From: a virus
IMG/VR virus record: IMGVR_UViG_3300006752_000018
Location: 28,388-92,387 of that record
Strand: one strand, 5' to 3'
Length of the DNA: 64,000 nucleotides
The notes beneath the pieces were generated by a model. That model searched no databases. It had not been told where the DNA came from and saw only the letters and a list, made by a program, of their open reading frames with translations. Of this stretch, positions 56,793 through 64,000 are shown piece by piece. How positions within the stretch are numbered: position 1 is the first letter of the stretch; each line of letters opens with the position of its first letter. The position numbers and the translations under genes were made by a program.

Positions 56793-57443
56793 ATGGACAT
56801 GAAAAAATTATTAGAATCAATTGATACTATTGATTCACAAAAAAAAGAACTTAAAGAAATGGCTTCTATGAATATTTCAATGAATGCAGATAGTGCAGAT
56901 GAAGTTGGAAGACTATTAGATATTGTCAAAGGTGCAGCAGGTGCAGAACATGCACATAGTGTAGGCCCAGACGATATGCCTGAGATGCCTCCAATGCCAT
57001 TAAAAGGCGCAAATGATATGCGCACAGATATGGAAAACTTTTCCAGTATTGTAAACAGAGCAGAATCGGAAGAAGAAGCATTAGAAGATTACGCAAACGA
57101 GCCAGACGAAGAGTATGCAGATACACAAACAATGACAAAAGATTTGTCAGGTGGCTTAAACCGCGAAAAGAAAGCCTACAAAAAAGCAGCAGACGGAGAT
57201 AATCCAATGGCGCTTGAAGATGGAATTAAAGCAAGATTATGGGATGCTTTAAATGAAATGAAAGAAGGAACATGCAACGAGTGCGGTAATGCAATGTTGA
57301 CTGCTTCCGAGAAAAAAGAATTAGCAAATTTACCAGAAGGCAAAAAACATGGTAACAGCAAGATTTATGACAAATGTTGGAAAGGCTGTACAAAAGTTGC
57401 TGGTAAAAAACGTGGCGAACCAGGTTCATGCAAGTGTGATTAA
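56793..57443 (+). CDS. Putative prohead core/internal protein, Glu-rich, with C-terminal Cys/Lys peptide
   Basis: MKKLLES start, many LxE sites, terminal CWKGCTKV..KK....CKC. Confidence 0.5.
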   Translation: MDMKKLLESIDTIDSQKKELKEMASMNISMNADSADEVGRLLDIVKGAAGAEHAHSVGPDDMPEMPPMPLKGANDMRTDMENFSSIVNRAESEEEALEDYANEPDEEYADTQTMTKDLSGGLNREKKAYKKAADGDNPMALEDGIKARLWDALNEMKEGTCNECGNAMLTASEKKELANLPEGKKHGNSKIYDKCWKGCTKVAGKKRGEPGSCKCD

Positions 57444-57459
57444 ACCCCCTAGAGTACTC

Positions 57460-57486
57460 AATAGCGCCTACGGGCGCTATTCTTTT
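57460..57486 (+). terminator. Rho-independent terminator with UNCG-type tetraloop
   Basis: aatagcgcc-tacg-ggcgctatt-ctttt. Confidence 0.8.
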
Positions 57487-57499
57487 GAGTAAATACACT

Positions 57500-59080
57500 A
57501 TGTCAACAAGTTTAGATGGCGTCTTAATTAAAAAGGCGAATAAAAAAGAAACATTTACTGAAGCTCAAATACAGGATTTACAAGCCTGTATGGATCCAGA
57601 CACAGGCTATTTGTATTTTGCAGAACACTTTGCTTATATCCAACATCCTGTAAAAGGTAAGTTATTATACAAACCATTTGAATATCAGCTTGGACTAATG
57701 TCAAGTTATCATAACTATCGCTTTAACATTAATATGATGCCTAGACAAACAGGCAAAACTACATGTGCTAGTATATATCTAGCATGGTATGCTATGTTTG
57801 TACCTGATCAAACTGTGCTAATTGCAGCGCACAAGTATACAGGTGCTCAAGAAATTATGTCTCGTATACGATTTGTTTATGAAAGTTGTCCTGATCATAT
57901 TAGAGCAGGTGTTACCTCATACAACAAAGGTTCGATTGAGTTTGAAAATGGAAGTCGAATAGTTAGTCAAACAACAACAGGCAACACAGGACGTGGTATG
58001 TCAATTTCATTACTATACTGTGACGAGTTTGCATTTGTTATGCCTAACATTGCAGAAGAATTTTGGACATCAATATCACCTACACTAGCAACAGGTGGTC
58101 GTGCTATTATTACTAGCACACCAAACTCAGACGAAGATACGTTTGCTACTATTTGGAAACAAGCAGAAGATAAGTTTGACGAACATGGTAATGAGCAAGA
58201 GGTAGGTCGTAATGGGTTTCATAGCTTCCGGTCTGATTGGTGGGAACATCCAGATAGAGACGAAAAATGGAAAGAAGAAGAGCTAGGGCGAATCGGTGAA
58301 GAAAAGTTTAGACGTGAGTACGGTTGTGAATTCTTAGTTTTTGACGAGACACTAATTAATAGTATTAAACTTGCAGTAATGGAAGGTAATAAACCGCTTG
58401 TCAATATGGGGCAAACACGTTGGTATAAAAAACCTAGTCCAGAATTTACATATGCAGTAGCACTTGATCCTTCAATGGGCACCGGCGGCGATAACGCTGC
58501 TATACAAGTATTTGAATTACCTAGTTATGAACAAGTTGCAGAATGGCAACATAACACTACTGCTATACCTGGACAGATACGTGTGTTATCAGACATATGT
58601 AATTACCTTGTTCAAGAAACTAGTAATGCAAACGGAATTTACTGGAGCGTGGAGAACAATGGAATAGGCGAGGCTGCACTAATCGTTATAAACGACTTTG
58701 GTGAAGAAAATATTCCAGGACTATTTGTCAGTGAACCTATCCGCAAAGGACATGTACGTAAATTCCGTAAAGGCTTTAACACTACTCATGGCACTAAAAT
58801 TACTGCCTGTAGTAGACTAAAAACTATGATAGAAAATGATAAAATGGTTGTACACAGTAAACCTTTTATATCAGAATTAAAAAATTATGTTGCAACAGGA
58901 TCTAGTTATCAAGCAAAATTAGGACAAACAGACGATCTTATTAGTGCAACATTATTAGCAATAAGGATGATGGCAGTACTTAAAGATTGGGACCCGAGAA
59001 TATATAATTCATTTACTCAAGCTGAGGAAATAGAAGATTACGATCCACCAATGCCAATCTTCATTAGTACGAACTATTGA
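57500..59080 (+). CDS. terL: Terminase large subunit (gp17-like)
   Basis: Walker A MPRQTGKTT, Walker B LLYCDEFAF, ITSTPN, FRREY.CEF, nuclease LDPSMGTGGD and DDLI; ATG start at 57500 just after TAAATA. Confidence 0.93.
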   Translation: MSTSLDGVLIKKANKKETFTEAQIQDLQACMDPDTGYLYFAEHFAYIQHPVKGKLLYKPFEYQLGLMSSYHNYRFNINMMPRQTGKTTCASIYLAWYAMFVPDQTVLIAAHKYTGAQEIMSRIRFVYESCPDHIRAGVTSYNKGSIEFENGSRIVSQTTTGNTGRGMSISLLYCDEFAFVMPNIAEEFWTSISPTLATGGRAIITSTPNSDEDTFATIWKQAEDKFDEHGNEQEVGRNGFHSFRSDWWEHPDRDEKWKEEELGRIGEEKFRREYGCEFLVFDETLINSIKLAVMEGNKPLVNMGQTRWYKKPSPEFTYAVALDPSMGTGGDNAAIQVFELPSYEQVAEWQHNTTAIPGQIRVLSDICNYLVQETSNANGIYWSVENNGIGEAALIVINDFGEENIPGLFVSEPIRKGHVRKFRKGFNTTHGTKITACSRLKTMIENDKMVVHSKPFISELKNYVATGSSYQAKLGQTDDLISATLLAIRMMAVLKDWDPRIYNSFTQAEEIEDYDPPMPIFISTNY

Positions 59081-59086
59081 TAAATA
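59079..59086 (+). promoter_or_regulatory. Late promoter GATAAATA, leaderless arrangement
   Basis: Overlaps the terL TGA; ATG follows 4 nt later with no SD. Confidence 0.7.
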
Positions 59087-59090
59087 CATT

Positions 59091-60677
59091 ATGCAGAACC
59101 TAAGTAAAATAAGTGAAGAATTGTTTGCAAAGATTAGAGGACGTTTTCCTAGTGTCACTATTGGCACTGAAGAAGGCATGATTACTAATAATCCTAGCGA
59201 AGCACGTTTTATAGAGTTTGACTATAAAAGCAAGGGCAAAGTAAGTCTTAGTTTAAATGCTGAAGACGGCCTTGTAGTCATGCACGGTGCTGATATACTT
59301 GCTGGAGAGAATGAAGAAGAACTGAGTGACTGGTATAACTTTTTAAGAGAACTAAGACAGTTTGCAAAAAAACGTTTACTAAATTTTGACACTCGTGATA
59401 TTACTAAAAGTAATTTACAAAAAAGAGATTATAAGTTTCTAGCCAAAAATGCCGGAGAAGATCAAATGACCGAATCAAAGTTATATGGTACTAGTAGAAC
59501 TAGTTATCAAAATGTAGACGGAGCACGTTTAGTAATTAAGCATAATGCTCCTATTAACCAAGAATCAGCAACTGGAAGAACAAAGCAAATTAGTTCTATA
59601 TATATTGAAAGTGCTGATGGAGAAAGATTTAAATATCCATTTAAACATCTAAGTGCAGCAAGAGCAATGGCTAGACATGTTGCTGAAGGTGGTAATGCAT
59701 ATGACGATTTTGGTAAACATATAACTGGTTTATCAGAAGAAATGGCAAAGTTACGTAAGTTTAAAACATATATGGGACGATCAGCTGTAATGGCAGAAGG
59801 GCTAGAACCGTATATGGATGCTGTAAAAGGTCGTATGAAAGACGTAAAGAAAACAATTGAGTCTCTTCAAAAACCTGCACATTACGCAGAGGCAATTGCA
59901 AACTTTGAATCAGTAGTAATGGAAGAAGTTCCTGCAGACGTTGCAGAAAACTGGACCGATCAATTAACTATTAAATTATTTAATGAAGAACTGTCAGATG
60001 TATTTCCGTACATTTACAAACTAGTAAGTGAAGCAACAAAAGCACAAGAATTAGGCCCAGAAGATTTAGTAGATGAATCAGCATTAATGGCTTACGCAGG
60101 TGAAAAGAAACACGGTAAGGAATACATGCGTAAAGCAGCAGCCGCAGGACGTGACGGCGCCTCACAAGAAGAGCTAGGCAAACTAAAAGACAAGTATAGC
60201 AAAGCAGAAAAAAATAAAAAAACAAAAGAAGAAGCGGAGCTAGAAGATACAATGGAAGGACTTATGGGTCAGTTCAGTGAAGCAAACGAAGCAGAAAGAG
60301 ACACACACTGCTCTGACAAGTGTTGCGGAAGTGATACTAAAGCAGAAGATTGCGATTGTCCATCAGATTGTGAAGGCTGCAACTGTAATGCAGAGATGGA
60401 CGAATGTCCACCACAACAAGATGCAGCACCTCAACAGCAAATGGCTGCTGAAAAGCCAAAAACACCACTAGGCGAATTTATTCTATCATATTATGATAGA
60501 GAAACCGGATCATTCCCCAAAGGCGAAACAGCTATACTAACAATGGTTGAAAAAGACTATGGGGATGAGTATGTTCGACCTGCTCATGCGTTTATTGAAA
60601 AAATTCACAGTACATTTGTACAGCACGAACGTATGAACAACGAACAAAATGACATTTTTGCGTTAGCAGGAATTTAA
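59091..60677 (+). CDS. Hypothetical late protein, probable head/internal protein with variable peptide modules
   Basis: GERFKYPF..L..ARAMARHV..GG..YD core; Glu-rich C-terminal third with a Cys cluster; ends LAGI. Confidence 0.55.
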   Translation: MQNLSKISEELFAKIRGRFPSVTIGTEEGMITNNPSEARFIEFDYKSKGKVSLSLNAEDGLVVMHGADILAGENEEELSDWYNFLRELRQFAKKRLLNFDTRDITKSNLQKRDYKFLAKNAGEDQMTESKLYGTSRTSYQNVDGARLVIKHNAPINQESATGRTKQISSIYIESADGERFKYPFKHLSAARAMARHVAEGGNAYDDFGKHITGLSEEMAKLRKFKTYMGRSAVMAEGLEPYMDAVKGRMKDVKKTIESLQKPAHYAEAIANFESVVMEEVPADVAENWTDQLTIKLFNEELSDVFPYIYKLVSEATKAQELGPEDLVDESALMAYAGEKKHGKEYMRKAAAAGRDGASQEELGKLKDKYSKAEKNKKTKEEAELEDTMEGLMGQFSEANEAERDTHCSDKCCGSDTKAEDCDCPSDCEGCNCNAEMDECPPQQDAAPQQQMAAEKPKTPLGEFILSYYDRETGSFPKGETAILTMVEKDYGDEYVRPAHAFIEKIHSTFVQHERMNNEQNDIFALAGI

Positions 60678-60689
60678 TTAAAAAAACAC

Positions 60690-60718
60690 TTGACAAAACC
60701 GTTTGTAGCATGTATAGT
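60690..60718 (+). promoter_or_regulatory. Sigma70-type early promoter for the gp32-uvsX-uvsY operon
   Basis: TTGACA-17 nt-TATAGT. Confidence 0.8.
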
Positions 60719-60781
60719 ATATATAGTGCTACAGACAAATAAGGCACAAGCACATAGGCAATTTAACAAGGAGGCATAACT

Positions 60782-61795
60782 ATGGCAACATTAGCAGAAA
60801 TCCGAGCGAAGCTCAAAGAACAAGAAGCCGGCCAAGGCGGCAATCGAGGACCACAAGGTCCAAACCCAATTTACCCATTTTGGAATATGACAGAAGGTAG
60901 TAGTGCAACACTACGATTCCTTCCAGACGGAAACCCAGATAACACATTTTTCTGGGTAGAGCGTTTGATGATCAAACTTCCATTTGCAGGTATTAAAGGT
61001 GATACAGGTAGTAAGCCTGTACAAGTACAAGTACCTTGTATGGAAATGTATGGCGATGGCTGTTCGATTCTACAAGAAGTACGTGGCTGGTTTAAGGACC
61101 CTTCACTAGAAGATATGGGTCGTAAATATTGGAAAAAGCGTTCATACGTATTCCAAGGGTTTGTAACTGACAATCCACTAACTGATGACGAAGCACCTGA
61201 GAATCCAATCAGACGCTTTATTATTGGTCCACAAATCTTCCAGATCATTAAGCAGGCGCTTATGGATCCAGACATGGAAGAGTTGCCAACAGATTATACT
61301 GCTGGTGTAGACTTCCGTCTTAACAAAACTTCAAAAGGCGGTTACGCAGACTATTCAACATCTAACTGGGCTCGTAGAGAGCGTCCATTAGGCGATGTTG
61401 AAATGAATGCTGTTAATACACACGGCTTGTTTAATCTAAATGACTTCTTACCTAAAAAGCCAGGTGAGATTGAAGTAAAAGTGATGCAGGAAATGTTTGA
61501 AGCGTCAGTTGACGGTGAAGCATACGATGCAGATCGTTGGTCACAGTACTTCCGTCCAGCAGGCATGCAAGCACGTACAGGCGATCCTAACGTAACAGCA
61601 AGTCCACAAGCAACTGCGGTAAGTCAAAGTGCTCCAGCAACAACACCTACTCCGGCTCCAGCTGCACCAGTAGCAGAAACTACAACTGATACAGGTTGGC
61701 AAGAAACTGCTCCGGCAGCAGCACCAGCAGCAGAAGCTACAACAGGTGATGCAAATGACATTCTTGCAATGATTCGTGCAAGACAATCTCAGTAA
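60782..61795 (+). CDS. Single-stranded DNA-binding protein (gp32-like)
   Basis: LRFLPDG, C.EMYG..C.I, YWKKRSY, G.DF.L.KT.KGGYADYS.S.W; flexible C-terminal tail; upstream of uvsX. Confidence 0.85.
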   Translation: MATLAEIRAKLKEQEAGQGGNRGPQGPNPIYPFWNMTEGSSATLRFLPDGNPDNTFFWVERLMIKLPFAGIKGDTGSKPVQVQVPCMEMYGDGCSILQEVRGWFKDPSLEDMGRKYWKKRSYVFQGFVTDNPLTDDEAPENPIRRFIIGPQIFQIIKQALMDPDMEELPTDYTAGVDFRLNKTSKGGYADYSTSNWARRERPLGDVEMNAVNTHGLFNLNDFLPKKPGEIEVKVMQEMFEASVDGEAYDADRWSQYFRPAGMQARTGDPNVTASPQATAVSQSAPATTPTPAPAAPVAETTTDTGWQETAPAAAPAAEATTGDANDILAMIRARQSQ

Positions 61796-61803
61796 TAAAA
61801 TTA

Positions 61804-61825
61804 TGTAGGGGAGAAATCCCCTACA
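61804..61825 (+). other. Intergenic stem-loop (GAAA tetraloop)
   Basis: tgtagggga-gaaa-tcccctaca. Confidence 0.7.
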
Positions 61826-61848
61826 CTTTGGCTTAACAAGGAGACACT

Positions 61849-62928
61849 ATGGCTAAATCATTTGATGTCAGTAAGTTCCGTAAGGACTTGACTAAAAGTA
61901 TCTCAGGCATGAGTAGCGGCTTCAATGATCCTACTGATTGGATCTCAACAGGCTCATATGCACTTAACTATCTTATTAGCGGCGACTTTCACAAAGGCGT
62001 TCCGCTTGGTAAGGTTACTGTGTTTGCAGGCGAATCAGGAGCAGGTAAAAGTTATTTCTGCTCAGGTAATATTGTAAAACACGCACAAGATCAAGGCATC
62101 TTTGTAGTACTAATTGACTCAGAGAACGCACTTGATGAATCGTGGCTACAAGCATTAGATGTAGACACATCAGAAGACAAACTACTTAAACTAAACATGA
62201 GTATGATTGATGATGTAGCAAAAACTATATCAACATTTGTAGCAGACTACAAGGCAATGGATGCAGAAGACCGTCCTAAAGTATTGTTTGTAGTTGATAG
62301 TTTGGGTATGTTACTGACACCTACAGACGTAGATCAGTTTAGTAAGGGTGATATGAAAGGTGATATGGGTCGTAAGCCTAAGCAATTGACCGCACTTGTT
62401 CGTAACACAGTTAATATGATTGGTTCACTTAATGTAGGTCTAGTATGTACTAACCATACATATGCATCACAAGATATGTTTGATCCAGATGATAAGATTA
62501 GTGGTGGACAAGGCTTTGTTTATGCATCATCAATTGTTGTTGCAATGAAGAAAATGAAGCTAAAAGAAGACGAAGCTGGTAATAAGATTTCAGAAGTACG
62601 TGGTATTAGAGCAGGTTGTAAAGTTATGAAGACTCGTTATGCAAAACCGTTCGAAGGTGTACAAGTAAAGATTCCATATGAAACAGGTATGAATCCTTAC
62701 AGTGGTCTTATTGAATTATTTGAGAAAAAAGGTTTGTTAGTAAAACAAGGCAATAGACTCAAGTATGTCGACTTAACTGGTGAAGAACATCTTGACTATC
62801 GTAAAGCATGGATGCAAGGCGATAAACTCGATTTAATTATGTCGGAATATGCTGAAAAAACTACGCCTGTGGTAAATACCGCTGACGAAGTTATCGACAT
62901 TGATGACGAAGTTATGATCGAGGAGTAA
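61849..62928 (+). CDS. uvsX: RecA-like recombinase
   Basis: STGSYALN..ISG...GVPLGK, GESGAGKS, IDSENA, VVDSLG, NHTY, SGG.G..YASS. Confidence 0.9.
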   Translation: MAKSFDVSKFRKDLTKSISGMSSGFNDPTDWISTGSYALNYLISGDFHKGVPLGKVTVFAGESGAGKSYFCSGNIVKHAQDQGIFVVLIDSENALDESWLQALDVDTSEDKLLKLNMSMIDDVAKTISTFVADYKAMDAEDRPKVLFVVDSLGMLLTPTDVDQFSKGDMKGDMGRKPKQLTALVRNTVNMIGSLNVGLVCTNHTYASQDMFDPDDKISGGQGFVYASSIVVAMKKMKLKEDEAGNKISEVRGIRAGCKVMKTRYAKPFEGVQVKIPYETGMNPYSGLIELFEKKGLLVKQGNRLKYVDLTGEEHLDYRKAWMQGDKLDLIMSEYAEKTTPVVNTADEVIDIDDEVMIEE

Positions 62929-62936
62929 CTAAACAA

Positions 62937-63170
62937 ATGGACGAAAGTATAATTTCTGACGTATGGTCTACAATGAAAGAGTTTCTAGACAAAAAACATA
63001 TAGACATGGCTGCTGAAAAATATGTTGATTTGTTAGCAGATTATGGAGTAAGTGATGAAACACTTACTGAGTGTCTTGGTACAGAAGCACATTTAGATCA
63101 AGCAATTAACTATTACCTAGACGTTGAAGATTATGAAACATATGACGACGAAGAAGATGAATGGGATTGA
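62937..63170 (+). CDS. Small acidic hypothetical protein
   Basis: 77 aa, GGAG SD, D/E-rich C-terminus. Confidence 0.6.
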   Translation: MDESIISDVWSTMKEFLDKKHIDMAAEKYVDLLADYGVSDETLTECLGTEAHLDQAINYYLDVEDYETYDDEEDEWD

Positions 63171-63173
63171 TTA

Positions 63174-63629
63174 ATGGGTTGGTATAGCGAAGTTTCTAGA
63201 GATATTTCAAAAATTCCTTCAGCCATACAATACTTTGAAAATGAGTTACTACAAGCTCGTAACGAATGTAAACTGAAAGGTAATGTTGAACGTGCGGCAG
63301 CAGAAATGCCGGGTATCGTAGAGCATCGCTTTAACCAATTGCAAGAGATAGAAGCTATACTAAACTATCTAAATATTGAGCTACGTAGACTGCGTAGCTC
63401 ATTTTTTAAGAAGTATCTTGAAAACTATCAACGAGCTCTGTCTAGTCGTGACGTAGAAAAGTATGTTGACGGCGAAGCAGATGTCGTCGATTACGAAAAG
63501 ATTATAAACGAGTTTGCACTTATGCGAAACAAATGGTTAGGTGTACTTAAAGCACTTGATCAAAAGCAATGGCAAATTACTAACGTAGTTAAACTACGTG
63601 TAGCAGGAATGGAAGATGCATCTCTATAA
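63174..63629 (+). CDS. uvsY: Recombination mediator UvsY-like
   Basis: Helical 151 aa, YL..Y...L..RD..KYVDGE, LD.K.WQI.N.VKL..AG; downstream of uvsX. Confidence 0.7.
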   Translation: MGWYSEVSRDISKIPSAIQYFENELLQARNECKLKGNVERAAAEMPGIVEHRFNQLQEIEAILNYLNIELRRLRSSFFKKYLENYQRALSSRDVEKYVDGEADVVDYEKIINEFALMRNKWLGVLKALDQKQWQITNVVKLRVAGMEDASL

Positions 63630-63632
63630 ATA
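63625..63632 (+). promoter_or_regulatory. T4-consensus late promoter TATAAATA
   Basis: Exact consensus overlapping the uvsY stop, upstream of a GGAG SD. Confidence 0.7.
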
Positions 63633-63647
63633 ATATAGGAGAGTGCA

Positions 63648-63923
63648 ATGGCAAGATTTAAATCAGATAAAATCCAAAAATTCAGAACTATATGCGAAGT
63701 ACACAGAGAAATTTATGATATAGTTTATAATATCGATGATGATAAAATTAAAAATGATATTGTAGATAAATTAGAAGAAGCATTTCTTATGGCTAAAAAA
63801 ATGAACGAAAAACTTAGACAATACAAATACGATTATGATAATAATTGGTGGGAATTGACAAGTAAAGAAATTCAACAAGAAAAACATACCTTAAGAAAGT
63901 CTAGAGGTACTAATGGAAAATAG
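63648..63923 (+). CDS. Hypothetical protein
   Basis: 91 aa ORF with SD and late promoter. Confidence 0.6.
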   Translation: MARFKSDKIQKFRTICEVHREIYDIVYNIDDDKIKNDIVDKLEEAFLMAKKMNEKLRQYKYDYDNNWWELTSKEIQQEKHTLRKSRGTNGK

Positions 63924-64000
63924 TTTAGGATGGCATGTTCTAGATAATGATAACACTATACAACGAGCATTTAAAAAATCTAAAATTTCAAATATTTTAG
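63913..64000 (+). CDS. Partial ORF running off the window (MENSLGWHVLDND...)
   Basis: GAGG SD, ATG at 63913, open to the window end. Confidence 0.45.
   Translation, partial: MENSLGWHVLDNDNTIQRAFKKSKISNIL

Noticed and set aside
57500-62928. Intein or intron in terL or uvsX
   Set aside because: Both have normal lengths and continuous motifs, with no splicing signatures.
1-64000. Genome-wide stop codon reassignment suggested by the TAA in the sheath gene
   Set aside because: TAA, TAG and TGA all end genes at sensible positions, and very long ORFs are intact under the standard code. Only one interruption was seen.

Overview
A gene-dense, AT-rich 64 kb segment of a large T4-like myovirus, probably aquatic and with a Gram-negative host. 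All assignments are by eye from recalled motifs; no searches were run. Positions 1-42.2 kb hold an elaborate tail fibre/baseplate appendage cluster (gp9/gp10-like connector, Gly-rich adhesins, two paralogous CBM5/12-repeat beta-helix proteins, a 2452-aa structural protein), with a GT9-like glycosyltransferase and a carbamoyltransferase embedded in it. Positions 42.1-47.5 kb (minus strand) carry a cupin, hldD, hldE, a NUDIX hydrolase and gp15/gp14-like genes. Positions 47.6-64 kb carry gp13, tail sheath (broken by one in-frame TAA), tail tube, gp4, a sulfotransferase, small and large terminase, putative internal head proteins, gp32, UvsX and UvsY. Most striking, the virion proteins carry plug-in domains resembling cofactor-binding proteins: phycobiliprotein-like globin domains retaining the chromophore CxRD motif, cupredoxin-like domains with an intact H...CxxHxxM type-1 copper motif, and three ~10% Cys adhesins next to an ADP-heptose/glycosyltransferase/carbamoyltransferase set. 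This suggests a pigment-, metal- or glycan-decorated virion, which is a hypothesis. Regulation uses a T4-like late motif (GATAAATA/TAAATA, often leaderless) plus a few sigma70 promoters. No RNA genes, CRISPR arrays or mobile elements were seen.
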